Shown: positions 28,801-37,148 of the stretch, in pieces
Layout of the letters: each line of letters begins with the position of its first letter
Numbering within the stretch: the first letter of the stretch is position 1
Virus record (IMG/VR): IMGVR_UViG_3300033978_000217
Span: 1,818 to 65,817 of that record
Strand: one strand, 5' to 3'
Source: a virus
Taxonomy: Duplodnaviria; Caudoviricetes
Length of the DNA: 64,000 nucleotides
Made by a program: the position numbers and the translations under genes
Notes under the pieces: model-generated
Database searches by the model: none
Told to the model about the DNA's origin: nothing
What the model saw: the letters and a program-made list of their open reading frames with translations, nothing else

Positions 28801-31377
28801 GCTAACGAAGACGTTAACGAGTTGGATATTGTTAACAACATCTACAACGACCTTAAAGATTCATTCCCTGACGGAAATGGAGGCCTTGACCACATGGCAG
28901 TTTTAGAAGCGTTTGAATCTGATCCAACTTCTGTCCTTACAGGTAGTCAGTTGGAGTATTATAACATTGCAAGAAGCACTTTACAGGAGGCTGGTGAGTA
29001 CATCAATAGTGCTAACGCAATTAGAAACAAGCAGCACGAGTTGAATCCTTACTATATGCCTAGGCAGTCTGTAGGAGTAAGAGAAGGCACTCTAACATCT
29101 ACGGATATTGCGTACAATAAAAATGTGGGTGAGGCAATAAGATCAGGGGCGTCTTACCAACGTGTGTTGCAAGTTCCTACAGAGGCAATTCGTTATAACG
29201 TAGACAGGCTTGTGATGACCAATGTTCATGAAGGTTTGAGAGACTACTATTTGACTGAGGCTAAAAGATATGTGAGAGATGTATTCTCTAACGCTAAAGA
29301 AAACGCTAGTCAAAACGATGCGGTTATGTTAGACAACTTAAAGCAGTTGAGTGACACTATTGCTCCGTTTGCTTTAGCAAAGTCTGAAAACACATTTGGA
29401 TTGTCAAAAATGATGGGTAAGTTCTTTGTTGACGCTTTGATAGGTGTTGTAAGAACTCCAATAGAATTTACTACTAACCTTATCAGTTATGCGGTAGGTA
29501 ATAGAAGTTTAAAGTCTTTGACATTGCCTTTCACTCCAAAAGAAAAACAAGAGACAGATAAATTATTGTCTGAGTTTGATTCTTCAGTTCAGTTTACAGG
29601 ATTGGAAAGAAAAGTTAAACTTAGTGGCAAGAAAGGTATTGACGGATACTTGGACAGAGAAAGTAACTTCGGTTTGCTCAACAAGTTCCTCAACAACGTA
29701 ACTGGGTTTATGAGAAAAGGGGAATGGAAGTCTCAGTTCGAAAGAGAGTTTGAAAGAAATACTGGAGAGAAGTTTAGTTACGAGAAACATTTCGTAAAAG
29801 AAAAAGGAAAGTATTACGATGAAATGAGCAAAGCTGCTTCGGATGCTGACTTCAGAATGAGAAGAATTATGAAGGGTGGTAACAAAGCAGAGCAAAGACA
29901 ATTCATTGAATGGTTTCCTTTTGTAAAGTCCGCAAGAATTTCTGCCGACTCTAAAATGGCACCGTTTGTAGGTATGTTCTCTGGATTTATTAACCACGAT
30001 GCTGACAATCTTAACATCGGTTTAAGAAAGACTGTTACTCAAAAAGAAATAAAGGATGGTTTAACTCAAGCGTTAGGTGCTTACGGAAGGTTGTCTTTAT
30101 ACCCTGTGTTGATGGTTATAGGAAAGGCTATTGCTAATTTAAACTTGGGTGACGATGATGAGAAGAAAGAGGCTCAAGAAACATTAGACTCATTGAAGAC
30201 ACCTCAAGGTTGGTCAGACATGGCTTTGTTTGCCGCTAAACAAGTTGGGGCAACATTTTTTGGAGGTAAGTATGCGGCAGGTGGTAAGATTATAGGAAAC
30301 CTACTATTAGACGCTGCCTATACTTTAAGTGATGACAGAAGACAGAGAAGACTAATAGAAGACACAATGAGAGATTTATACTTTGTAGATCCGATTGACT
30401 TTTATGACTTACCTTCTGAAAAGGATGACATGGCTTTGCAAATAGCTGCTAATCTTCAACCTATCGTGGGGATGGTCATTGACGGTGTTTCTGACTTTGT
30501 TAACGATGTCAAGAACAAAGGCAGAGAGCAAGTTACTCTTTATGACATCTACGAGTGGACTCAACAAACTGAGGAGGGTAAGCAATGGATGTACATGGCA
30601 AATTCTTTAGCTACATTAGGTCAAACTCTAACAGTCATATTTACACCCGGAGCAGTACCTTTTATTGATGACTATGTTCGTTGGGCAGAAGATGAGTTGT
30701 CTCAAAAAGAGCCAAATGAAAACACTCTATACAAAACTCCTGGTGGTGAAGTAGTAGACATAAGAGAACTATTTTTAGATGACAGCCAAAGACTGCCTAT
30801 TAATACTCCTGGGATAAGCTCAAGAGAGAGAGATAAGTATTCTATATTGGCAACTGAAAAGTTTAACAAGGCAATTGAAAAGGAAGGAAAACAAATAAAA
30901 GGCTTATTCCCTGACGAAAAGTATTTGTACATAGACTATCTCGCAGACAAGGCTAAATACGAGGCTGGTTCTGAACTAGGATTTCCGACTGAAAGATGGA
31001 GTGAGGCTGAAGGGGAAATGGTTTCAGGAGAACCTATTCCACCAAGTGAGAGAGATAACACGCCAGAAAGTGAGGTGACGTTAGAAAAACTTCATCAGGA
31101 AATTATGAAAGGAAAACAACTTAGCTTTGTTCAAAACATCAAAGAGAAGAGAAAAGCCGAAGACTATATGTTCAAGGAGTTTGATAAAAATCCGAACATG
31201 GAGAACGACTATAAAAACGCTACTATTGGTGGAAAGTTAGGTGTGAGAGAGTACTTCAAGGCAAAATACTTATACGACAAATACAAATTAACCGAACCTC
31301 CTGTTTCATCTAACTACTTTATAAAAGAAAAAGGTCAAATAAAACAGGTTGAAAGTACGCCAACAGAAGAAAATTAA
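19861..31377 (+). CDS. Giant polyvalent-type virion/ejection protein with zincin metallopeptidase and ADP-ribosyltransferase-like domains
   Basis: About 3840 aa. HEVAH (24325-24339) with downstream EEYLAE. VRH..GIYFT..YEVFLD..GYDGI..EIVVFDKSQIK (about 26190-26660) fits the ART-PolyVal pattern. Confidence 0.7.
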   Translation: MANLQDLFNEIQADSRISNPPTFEEFQSKMEDPAFAERVNEILGRNGYDVNAYEGLKKKEESMVESAPLSQSESEQPSETTEPTQMGGIEPVGEVVSEDPQAETEEDLDPLNADLSAYNLEIKTPLSLNQNAPIQAAPQQQNVTEGSVMNESLDTPKPVNKYKNNDIISLAKNAKNKFISKHIDPIFSQAKQATAQFDQEIKPEEEAISQVEEGGPGDPKRKDVKDAATSLYNEMDDLNYKTASRVLGDTRVLGVKMDGDNYEVVFANNKMGGGDQGRSYKGKVGDVTWEGYISNAINSSDLYKDDESWEDLKSAVITQDTYSPELEGKKLSPSFNNNLASHKSKYFPQGSFGQITGTVTIPKEKNKEEEASFGTDLKRFFEKVKVKVKTQNIISKEDEERKEYNIAEETIPKTEYVMDTEQTFYNSLNNTPETNAIMQENALSFSDILLPSSKNKETVMEGIKLFLAKAGYDENEINQKLGVIYKQMLRDARYHAAEQYIRHEIENGNKTYKFQDIDRLNQAKEKGIDELMGDESLVTQSDKNFVSNVWDISLSDYINHYDAKATVRGRNMDIKNIPGKVSAYTARMNELEAQIEAEKVKLQIPSKEQLSETVKGLKSTKDKIDAYDAQLSKMEEDMNSLLVDQDGQKYYKDEASKTIYEELVAQSEKILNERNALVEQNKAGSQDIEKVNQFQNNISRQLKEYEALRKKLNYYDDDPDLLAMRGLSNTLTSIQNYESDKSAGIKNDLYDFQDYREKVRQDDEIARKEAEDDNMLEAGGKGLVGGFANALIGISKTGMYLGQVLTDEDSDQKEWTGGDELLAATSQLQENVGQWASNPYYEKWGVNWFVNGVGGVVPDLAAVYFTGGGAGFAELATTRGAIGAVGKIATSPTTVYFTVRSTGDYAERLQKAGYSAGEAFLGGGLIAGTEAMLESLLPSFFNTTESISIKSFWKKTIEEGIAKKLAPEVIARQLKEGTIGIARNSGKLITTNTFNEKIEEGTQTLFTEVAFAGATDETIQIFDPKTGGMGKTLEAVTEASAIGGAMGLVGSSAKGIRTLIKEKANNTTLKLTQLQIGRKYTEIINEADRLSKDFKGSEVEKEYEKINKEYKKLSANPNFLEYDDLAQSEVLDKSLALNDLKEAQKNYESQNIVDVKLNNQIAEKEKELVSIINTAQENTDVRNDMNKQLEEIGVKSFTLNANGEVNGITFDEWTTSEEEKESTEKAIEIIEKVYKPKAQENAVQKSSATEVLPRQQGETTETGGKREGVGSSVQGQGTTQEVGKEEIVATPKEAKEPEAMQTDIDQVQQSTGTVINLNEDGTLTINAPQRGGQSKKAAAIENAKQELANLGYNVESRVAQPTQQEVAQEEGQREFTDEEFGNTIKETEGMGVVAGTQSMNDLQKRTAQDPKKGKIVAQASRAVNALKSLFPNMNIVVHESDESYNKAMNTLGGTVNTRGQFVYKPSADGNIQGAVHINLNRANSRTIAHEVAHAALLKMFKGDGKVFGNFKDKLKDIAKDQKMTITDKDGNEVETTWGDEAEKLSSRYQTEDQAEEYLAELAGLVAELDLDKPVNKSILQKIADFINNFILSNPQLKALGVKPISDTSSAEEVLEFFDTLGKKISRGEEIKEFEDVNSLGLSGVVNVSEGVKSKSSIDSGEIKRFPVNPNTRVEEDVPLERFNGKRVNLMESDRMTGGYISDSEGNPLFKFYGGVFYPIITGKWWASRNKIKAKGIAENANKNRDKDGYIYSAPMIGSDKQHMSNTDMLTVTVELMKFDANSKTSKVKKADVISYIDKAFSNKSVQGKKAVVKTVLKKSNNINELFNELEFVLFQEGDKILDKKGSPILDENKKPISNFTFEERLAIVNSILGDPKVKEARFPSAGSISEAAKRFEEPITAKANKIGDLVTIMRTKGTLQYKTSEVNDDFYHKSYPEEIYAVNEDGSPAEIEVYVLEGAYSMNDVLPSLTQSSGKEFTWDEYLEKHKSENLAIAQYNRTAKLSSASGEIKTGVKTKSQMDDVQRTAQMYNMNDQGFFPKNADEYKINRDFERFGLKAKRANASSWGPGSLYLVNQAGRKVNPFNRPKGKSQLSDDEVDQVLKTYPDLKTTQIVDENGNPLIVRHQSQTDIDINNMSDKNKGGIRDILGRESKDKYGIYFTTESAESLKDMFDKTGKGKTYEVFLDVKNLLDLGDTHYFNFETNKPEQLSDAVVKNSDQYLDVRDMSKNDVDRVKALGYDGIWGNRNEGNYKGIDEIVVFDKSQIKPVPTGIVAKSQLSDEESEPNQISSSERKIIADRVKAEIKAALQGRKEGKKEGIEQAKEQAQKTIDSLNKKLEEGKITKQELQDKIKELGYNVRWQAAEARLAGEIEGKKAGRAEGRKEGIKEGVEKGKEQAQKTIDALNKKLEEGKITKQELQDRIKELGYNIRFEAGVARLAGERTGKSMGKKFGEFVGYFKGLKAGRTEQRGLGALVSEYIKDVVDNEFGKKGSISPATLKSISRRAATISNQKQLDAFVSYLDKIIANRRLAEGINEIQKQQKKLLNKIGYQYTTQMKQFAKFDLYTADGDLAFDMNTLEEYLDALRDLTSDRVPKIGKMMELFDEMYDINLQNQPAPKTAIDSLNEWQVAVNKLFNTAKDIIVENNGVVDLAESFQNYRAFKSNVKKYTNALDELLVTGMISESDYERMFNDVIEKSAVTDTYATEFQDQIDGLKKMLIDGITDKGDYGLMDSIKDWLSNSPNTFTENQKKLIDQLMRAKPDNLMTLSLEDLDLLNQVTAQIAEAGFVDEKNLRTLLDRAEIRGNEIGKSLAEQAKQTKGLFRKDRYSNAKNGFINMMNDTLGKSVVFWESRLGMKENGPFRKHLVDPIVRAINGWEKDSQRILKDYQKNVEKLRSRNILKNVPGIGKFINKTKIEKFKLTSDGNLVPDGTIKVSKDAYDRVMIGVVGHILDNAWNAKQKKKTVSDWLGKQMLSAKVRNNMANEDVNELDIVNNIYNDLKDSFPDGNGGLDHMAVLEAFESDPTSVLTGSQLEYYNIARSTLQEAGEYINSANAIRNKQHELNPYYMPRQSVGVREGTLTSTDIAYNKNVGEAIRSGASYQRVLQVPTEAIRYNVDRLVMTNVHEGLRDYYLTEAKRYVRDVFSNAKENASQNDAVMLDNLKQLSDTIAPFALAKSENTFGLSKMMGKFFVDALIGVVRTPIEFTTNLISYAVGNRSLKSLTLPFTPKEKQETDKLLSEFDSSVQFTGLERKVKLSGKKGIDGYLDRESNFGLLNKFLNNVTGFMRKGEWKSQFEREFERNTGEKFSYEKHFVKEKGKYYDEMSKAASDADFRMRRIMKGGNKAEQRQFIEWFPFVKSARISADSKMAPFVGMFSGFINHDADNLNIGLRKTVTQKEIKDGLTQALGAYGRLSLYPVLMVIGKAIANLNLGDDDEKKEAQETLDSLKTPQGWSDMALFAAKQVGATFFGGKYAAGGKIIGNLLLDAAYTLSDDRRQRRLIEDTMRDLYFVDPIDFYDLPSEKDDMALQIAANLQPIVGMVIDGVSDFVNDVKNKGREQVTLYDIYEWTQQTEEGKQWMYMANSLATLGQTLTVIFTPGAVPFIDDYVRWAEDELSQKEPNENTLYKTPGGEVVDIRELFLDDSQRLPINTPGISSRERDKYSILATEKFNKAIEKEGKQIKGLFPDEKYLYIDYLADKAKYEAGSELGFPTERWSEAEGEMVSGEPIPPSERDNTPESEVTLEKLHQEIMKGKQLSFVQNIKEKRKAEDYMFKEFDKNPNMENDYKNATIGGKLGVREYFKAKYLYDKYKLTEPPVSSNYFIKEKGQIKQVESTPTEEN
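23582..23722 (+). CDS. Nested out-of-frame small basic protein (46 aa)
   Basis: MPYKSQAQQKFFHANKAKLQRQGVNVKEWDQASKGKVLPKKLGKKK* in the +1 frame of the giant gene, with an A-rich leader. Confidence 0.7.
   Translation: MPYKSQAQQKFFHANKAKLQRQGVNVKEWDQASKGKVLPKKLGKKK
26785..27210 (+). repeat. Tandem 213-nt (71-aa) duplication inside the giant gene
   Basis: GRKEG..KEQAQKTID.LNKKLEEGKITKQELQD.IKELGYN..ARLAGE occurs twice, starting at 26785 and 26998. Confidence 0.85.
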
Positions 31378-31410
31378 ACTAAATTTGTAACACTCATACT
31401 ATCATAAAAA

Positions 31411-31911
31411 ATGAAAAAACCAGAGAAATTATCTCAACCAGTTATAAACTTACTCCTGCCTCGTTTGCAGGATGAGTTTAATGCGGCATATTTTTATCGC
31501 TCTGCATCTAACTGGTGTAAAAATGTAGGTTACTTTATAGCCGCTGAGTTCTTTGCAAAGGAGTCAGAAGATGAGTTTGGTCACGCCAAGAAGATTGAGA
31601 ACTACTTAGTCGATTGGAATGTGACTCCTGCTCTTCCAACGATTCCAAAGCCAACACTTGATTTCTCTAATTTAGAGCAGGTAATTATCATGGCTTATGA
31701 AATGGAGTACGCTCTTTACGAAGAGTATGAAGACACGAGCATGAAGATCTTTAAGACAGGAGACCTTTGCGTGTTTGACTTCCTCCAACAATATCGTGTT
31801 GGTCAAAAGGAGTCAGTTGCCGAGTATAGCGACAAGTTGAATATGCTTGAGGGTACAAACACAGGAAGTAAATTTGAGATGTTAATGTTAGAAGAAAAAT
31901 TATTCGGATGA
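31411..31911 (+). CDS. Non-heme ferritin
   Basis: 166 aa with ferroxidase pattern E..A.YFY, FF..ESEDE.GHA, E.ALYE and DFLQ..Q.E..E; TAAATTTG at 31380 upstream. Confidence 0.85.
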   Translation: MKKPEKLSQPVINLLLPRLQDEFNAAYFYRSASNWCKNVGYFIAAEFFAKESEDEFGHAKKIENYLVDWNVTPALPTIPKPTLDFSNLEQVIIMAYEMEYALYEEYEDTSMKIFKTGDLCVFDFLQQYRVGQKESVAEYSDKLNMLEGTNTGSKFEMLMLEEKLFG

Positions 31912-32462
31912 AACAGCCAAATTACAAAGAATTAAAAAACGCTGCTTTTAATAAAGGATACCAATGGTTGCCTTTCCAACTTGTAAACATTCGCTCCGCT
32001 GCGGATAAGCCAAATGAGTTCGATGATTTGTTGGGAATCGTGGATGGTACAAATGTTATATGGCACACTGGGACAACTAATCCCGGTGTTCATTGGTTGA
32101 AGAATCTTCTTAACCCAAAGGGTGCTGCTGTTCTTGCAGAAGGTCAGCACTTAAACGCTTGGGTAATTGGAAAGCATAAAGGTCAGTACGAGGCTTTGGT
32201 TCAGTACGCTCCTCTTCCTGTTTACAGAGACGGAAATAAGAACGACAAGAGTGAGCAGGTAGGCAAACCTATCTATGGTCAATACGGAATTAATATCCAT
32301 CGCGCAAATCCAAACGCAATTAGCAAGATAATTGACAAGTGGAGTGCAGGGTGTCAGGTAAGAAACAACCCAAAGGAACACGATGAGTTTATGAACCTTT
32401 GTAAGAATAGTGGGGTTAAGTATTTTTCATGCATATTGTTTAACGAAAAAGATTTTTTATAA
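31908..32462 (+). CDS. Putative endolysin (L,D-transpeptidase-like Cys peptidase)
   Basis: GINIHRA..WSAGCQV His/Cys motif, followed by two membrane-protein genes. Confidence 0.65.
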   Translation: MKQPNYKELKNAAFNKGYQWLPFQLVNIRSAADKPNEFDDLLGIVDGTNVIWHTGTTNPGVHWLKNLLNPKGAAVLAEGQHLNAWVIGKHKGQYEALVQYAPLPVYRDGNKNDKSEQVGKPIYGQYGINIHRANPNAISKIIDKWSAGCQVRNNPKEHDEFMNLCKNSGVKYFSCILFNEKDFL

Positions 32463-32635
32463 TGAGCAACCACCAACAGCAAATAGCGGAAGGAGTAACA
32501 GGTACGATCAGCAGCATTCTATTATCTATTCCAGCGTGGCTGTTGAATGTAGAGTTTGCTCTTAAAATGTTTTGCCTTGTACTATCGGGTATAGCGTCTA
32601 TCTATACCATTATCAAAATGGCCAAGAAGAAGTGA
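32462..32635 (+). CDS. Small holin-like membrane protein (57 aa, absent from the ORF track)
   Basis: MSNHQQQIAEGVTGTISSILLSIPAWLLNVEFALKMFCLVLSGIASIYTIIKMAKKK*: two hydrophobic segments, basic tail, TAATG coupling. Confidence 0.65.
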   Translation: MSNHQQQIAEGVTGTISSILLSIPAWLLNVEFALKMFCLVLSGIASIYTIIKMAKKK

Positions 32636-32874
32636 AATGGTTAAAGTCACTATTTAGCAATGAAGGAGATGCAAGTTCAAAGAGATTTAGTGCAATACTC
32701 TCTCTACTCGTTTGCATTTCGTTGGCGTACATTGCTACATTCACTCCCTATAGATGCCCTGACTATATGTTTGAGGGACTTCTCGTTATAGCAGGAGGAG
32801 GTTTGGGACTTACGGTTATTGAGAGTATCTTTACACGATATAAGAAGAAGGATGACACAACATCCGAACAATAA
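32632..32874 (+). CDS. Holin-like two-TM protein
   Basis: GTGA-coupled start MKWLKSLFS..SSKRF, two TM segments and a charged tail. Confidence 0.6.
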   Translation: MKWLKSLFSNEGDASSKRFSAILSLLVCISLAYIATFTPYRCPDYMFEGLLVIAGGGLGLTVIESIFTRYKKKDDTTSEQ

Positions 32875-32889
32875 CAAAACAAAAAACAA

Positions 32890-33705
32890 ATGAAATGTTC
32901 TTTACCATTCTCTCTCTCCAAGGAGGAGAAAAGTCTCATTGAATTATATACAGCCATTAGCGACTCTGTGAACACAGGAGAGATTAGGTGGCAACTCTTT
33001 AAGGAGGAATCGATTGCTCCAAAGAGCGTGAAGGTTACAGGTTACATGACCATAGCCGACAAGAAGAGCGACACCTTCTCTGTGGTGTGCGAGGATGATA
33101 AGCCGAGAGAGGCTCTCATTGCCATAGCCAACATGAAGTTGCTCGTTATGACCTGCACGTCTTTAGGCATCCCTATCGACTTTGAGTTTGAGAAGCCAAA
33201 GAAGGAGACAGAATTCAAGCCAGTCAAGAGTTGGAAGGTTGTTGCAGAAGAGCATGGAATAGATCCGGTGGAGGTCATCAAGTGCCAAGATTTGCGATCT
33301 CTTTCCCGGTATTGCAAAACATCCAAGTTCCCAATAGCACAAGCCTTGGAGGCAACCTCTCAGAAGTTTAACTCCGAAAGAGTAACTGTTAAGCAATTCT
33401 TTGAGTTCATTTGGGGTGAGGAAAATTATAACAAAGTTCGCTCCCTCTCCTCCAAAAAGAAGAAGGCTAGAACCATAAGTGTCCCTCAAATAGAAGAGGT
33501 TGAAGAGGAGATTGAAGCACACGCAGAGAACAGAGGTCACCAAGACACGAAGTATGTGATGGGTAAACTAATCTCGGCAGGAATTAATAGTATAAATTTT
33601 GAAGAGAAGGCAGTAATAATGTCTGAAAGATATGGTAATTTTCAGTATTTTTGTATGAACGCATCCGATGACGAGATTGCGTCTGTACTAATGCTTGAAA
33701 AATGA
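32890..33705 (+). CDS. Hypothetical protein
   Basis: 271-aa ORF with an A-rich leader. Confidence 0.6.
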   Translation: MKCSLPFSLSKEEKSLIELYTAISDSVNTGEIRWQLFKEESIAPKSVKVTGYMTIADKKSDTFSVVCEDDKPREALIAIANMKLLVMTCTSLGIPIDFEFEKPKKETEFKPVKSWKVVAEEHGIDPVEVIKCQDLRSLSRYCKTSKFPIAQALEATSQKFNSERVTVKQFFEFIWGEENYNKVRSLSSKKKKARTISVPQIEEVEEEIEAHAENRGHQDTKYVMGKLISAGINSINFEEKAVIMSERYGNFQYFCMNASDDEIASVLMLEK

Positions 33706-34283
33706 TTCACAACGTAACTAAAATACAAAGGATAGACAGCGGATTGGTTAAGATATACAACCAGTCTTATGTTATTGGAGCGTTTAGTGGACTGAAAACT
33801 CTGACCATTGGTTATGAAAATGGGAGACCTATAACAATCAACTTTGTTGACTCTCTTTTCAACGTGTTTTCTTTTTATGTGTACAACCTTACCACAGTAA
33901 ACGGTAAGGATAAAGATAGTACATGGATTCCAATTGATCCTAGCGACACATCGGGTGCTTACGAAACAAAGGTGTACGAGGTTTATGACTTCCTCTGCGA
34001 CTTCATTTACACAGCACCAACAGAAATAAATATAACCGACTCTGCTGGAGATATTATCAACCCTGCTCAAGACGAGACAATCATCTTACTTAGAAGGATT
34101 GCAAAACTTCTTGAGCCAATTGGTACACAAGATTCTCTGCAAAGACAGAGGATTACCATTGGTTCTTCTGAAACTACAGTTAGTACTAACCCTTCAACAA
34201 TGGCTAGTGTTGATACAAGGTTTATGATTGCAGACTGGGCAAGAACAGCTTATAACACAGGAATCCGAGCAAAATTAACTTAA
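33702..34283 (+). CDS. Hypothetical protein, possibly fibre-associated
   Basis: 193 aa, directly upstream of the repeat-rich gene. Confidence 0.55.
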   Translation: MIHNVTKIQRIDSGLVKIYNQSYVIGAFSGLKTLTIGYENGRPITINFVDSLFNVFSFYVYNLTTVNGKDKDSTWIPIDPSDTSGAYETKVYEVYDFLCDFIYTAPTEINITDSAGDIINPAQDETIILLRRIAKLLEPIGTQDSLQRQRITIGSSETTVSTNPSTMASVDTRFMIADWARTAYNTGIRAKLT

Positions 34284-34284
34284 T

Positions 34285-37104
34285 ATGCCAATTACTAATA
34301 ACCTTAAAAAGCAAATTGACCAGCCTGTATGGGAGTGGTCTAGGTTTGCTTTAACTACCTTTAACTCTCCAGCATCAGGTTTTGCTACAGCAATAGATGG
34401 CTCAAATAGATATATCTATTATCAATACCCTGGTACCTTGCAAAGATATGATACTTGGAGTGATACTTGGGCATCTTTAGCAGCCCCAGCATATTACACT
34501 ACAGCTACAATAGCTTCAATGGTTTATTGTAAATCTCAAGGAAATAGAGGTAGAGTATTAGCAGCCCCAACAAGTTCTACATTAACAATCCCTTCTCTTA
34601 TTTCTGGCGCTAAATTAGTTGGACAGAAAATCAGAATTGTATCAGGTGTAGGATCAGAACAAACTAGAACCATTACCGCATCTACTGATCCTGTAACTGT
34701 AGAGTCTGGAGTTAACATAGGATCAAGTTCTGCTACTATTCTTCAAGACACTACAAAAAGATGGCAAGTAAATCAATGGGTTGGTTACACAGTTAGAATT
34801 TCTTATGGTACAAACTTTTCTTTTCAAAGAACAGTAATATTTAATACTGTAGATAGTTTGTATTTTTCAGACATAAACTTACAACAATATGAGCCATGGG
34901 ATAACCAAGGATTTATTTCCTCTCTTTCAGGTACGTTTTCAACTTATGAAATATCATCTCAAACTGTAACTGTAGACACTCCTTTTGTTACAACTCCTAC
35001 TACAGATAGTAGATTTATGATAATGTCTGGAGTTATATGGTTGATGTCTTCACAAACAACTTCTGGATTTACATGGCAAATGTATGATGTACTTACAGAT
35101 GTGTGGTATCAAAAGTCAATGCCTTCTACTATATTTAGTGGTGCTGTGGGTACAGAGATAGCTCTTACCCCAATCGATGAAGTAGAAGCTGCGTATATTT
35201 CTAGTACTGCAACATCTGCTACAAATAGAAGACTTACAGACACGACTCAAATGATGGTTAACGATCAATACCGCAACTATCAAATCAGATTAACAGGCGG
35301 CACAGGAGCAGGACAAAGAAGAAGAATTACATCTAATATAGACAGAACATTTGAAGTAGATTCTAAATGGACAGTAACTCCAGACGCTACAACGACTTAT
35401 GAAATATGGCCTAATACAGACTACATTTATTTTGTTGGTAATGCTAATGCTGCAACCTTTGCTTATGACATGGAATCAGATGTATGGGTAACTGGTCCAA
35501 GTAGTGATGCTTCTGTTGCTACAAATGCTTCTATAACTAAAGTTGGAGATATACCATTAGGTATTGCTTCAGCAGCGGATAATGGAACAGGGTCTGTACT
35601 AACCGTTGCTGTAAATGCAGTAGGGTCTGGATATGCGGTTAATGATATTATTGCAGTATCTGGAGGAGCCGCAAACTGCCGTCTTTATATTACATCAACT
35701 ACTACAGCAGGTGGTGTTACAGGAGTGGCATTTAAAAATAATGGATCAGGGTATGCTACAGCAACTGGATCAGTAACTTCAATAGTTTCAGGATCTGGGT
35801 CAGGATGCACAATTAACATAACTGCTATTGGAAGAACAGGTTTGGTTACAACTACTATAAATCATTTTCTTAAAAGAGGAGATTCTGTAACTATAGCAGG
35901 ATCTTCAGTAGCAGGATGGAATGGCACTTACACAATTTTAAGTGTTGATACTAATCTTACATTTACAATTGCTAGTACAGCTACAGCAACTCTTAATGCT
36001 ACATCAGCAAATAGTACAACTTTAGTAGTAGATTCTACAAAATCTTGGGATGTAAACGAACACCTAGGGAAGTTCTTAATGATTATGCAAGGTGGTAGTA
36101 TTACTCCTAACCAACAAATAAGAAGAATTACTTCTAATACAGCAACGACTATTACAATCCCAGCTTTTACATCTTTTACCCCTACTAGTGGAACAACTCG
36201 TTATGTAATTATAGATCCTTCTAGTTTTGGGAGAGATAATAAATTCTGGGCAGATGATCAATTAGCCTACGGATATCCAACAAGTGGAACTACAACTTCT
36301 ATTACAGACACAACTAAGAACTGGATTAGAGGAACATGGGTAGGTCACGTTGTAAGAATCATGGCAGGAACAGGACTTGGAAATGAACTCGTAATTACGG
36401 CAAATAATAATAACACCATTACATTTGCTGCCGCTACATTTACTCCAGATACTACTACTCGTTATGCAATAATGGATAGTTTTGGGACAGCAACTTCAGG
36501 TTCTACAACTACTCTCGTAGACACTGGAAAGAACTGGGTTACTAACCAATGGGTAGGTAAACGTGTTAGGTTTGTTGGAGGAGCATCTGCTTCTAACGAA
36601 GTTACTATAACATCTAATACGGCTACAACACTAAACTTTGCTGCAACTACTGCAACCGATGCTACTACCAATTATGTTATTTACGGTCCTCCTGCAAGAG
36701 GTGCTGGGGCTAACGTCAAATGGACGTGGGGTAATGGAAATCATAAATATTTATTTGCCCCAATTGGTGGGGGTAGTTTAGGGGTAAGTAAATTTGATAT
36801 TACAACAGGTAGATGGGATAGCTATTATCAAAACTCTGGGCAAGGTGAAACTTTCACTACAGGATCTATGTGGGCATACGATGGTGCAGATAGAGTTTAT
36901 GTTCAAAAAGATCAAACAGGACGTATTTTTTATTTTGATATTGTTAAAAGAGAAATGGTAAACTCTGGTACTGTGCCTTACGGTATGTCAACAGCATTTG
37001 TAGGAAATAGAATGGAGATAATTAAGACAGAAGATGGTCTCAAATATCTTTACGTTGCAAGACATAACGGAACTGAAATGTGGAGAACATTAATATTTTG
37101 GTAA
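34285..37104 (+). CDS. Repeat-rich fibre/receptor-binding-like virion protein
   Basis: Thr-rich, with about six repeats of DT.K.W..NQW.G..VRI..GTG..R.I.SN and propeller-like termini. Confidence 0.6.
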   Translation: MPITNNLKKQIDQPVWEWSRFALTTFNSPASGFATAIDGSNRYIYYQYPGTLQRYDTWSDTWASLAAPAYYTTATIASMVYCKSQGNRGRVLAAPTSSTLTIPSLISGAKLVGQKIRIVSGVGSEQTRTITASTDPVTVESGVNIGSSSATILQDTTKRWQVNQWVGYTVRISYGTNFSFQRTVIFNTVDSLYFSDINLQQYEPWDNQGFISSLSGTFSTYEISSQTVTVDTPFVTTPTTDSRFMIMSGVIWLMSSQTTSGFTWQMYDVLTDVWYQKSMPSTIFSGAVGTEIALTPIDEVEAAYISSTATSATNRRLTDTTQMMVNDQYRNYQIRLTGGTGAGQRRRITSNIDRTFEVDSKWTVTPDATTTYEIWPNTDYIYFVGNANAATFAYDMESDVWVTGPSSDASVATNASITKVGDIPLGIASAADNGTGSVLTVAVNAVGSGYAVNDIIAVSGGAANCRLYITSTTTAGGVTGVAFKNNGSGYATATGSVTSIVSGSGSGCTINITAIGRTGLVTTTINHFLKRGDSVTIAGSSVAGWNGTYTILSVDTNLTFTIASTATATLNATSANSTTLVVDSTKSWDVNEHLGKFLMIMQGGSITPNQQIRRITSNTATTITIPAFTSFTPTSGTTRYVIIDPSSFGRDNKFWADDQLAYGYPTSGTTTSITDTTKNWIRGTWVGHVVRIMAGTGLGNELVITANNNNTITFAAATFTPDTTTRYAIMDSFGTATSGSTTTLVDTGKNWVTNQWVGKRVRFVGGASASNEVTITSNTATTLNFAATTATDATTNYVIYGPPARGAGANVKWTWGNGNHKYLFAPIGGGSLGVSKFDITTGRWDSYYQNSGQGETFTTGSMWAYDGADRVYVQKDQTGRIFYFDIVKREMVNSGTVPYGMSTAFVGNRMEIIKTEDGLKYLYVARHNGTEMWRTLIFW

Positions 37105-37111
37105 AGAAACA

Positions 37112-37144
37112 TTTGGAAATACAGAATTAAGTTTTGTATATTTG
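37112..37144 (+). promoter_or_regulatory. Canonical Bacteroidota promoter
   Basis: TTTG(37112)-N21-TATATTTG(37137). Confidence 0.75.
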
Positions 37145-37148
37145 TCAT

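Noticed and set aside
19861-31377. Virion RNA polymerase as in crAss-like phages
   Set aside because: No DxDxD/DFDxD catalytic motif was noticed; the motifs fit a polyvalent protein. A structure search is needed to exclude it fully.
1342-36671. Many short antisense or off-frame ORFs in the structural block (e.g. 2046-2546, 23337-23771, 29584-29997)
   Set aside because: They are shadows of long coding genes, with S/F/L-rich composition and no start context.
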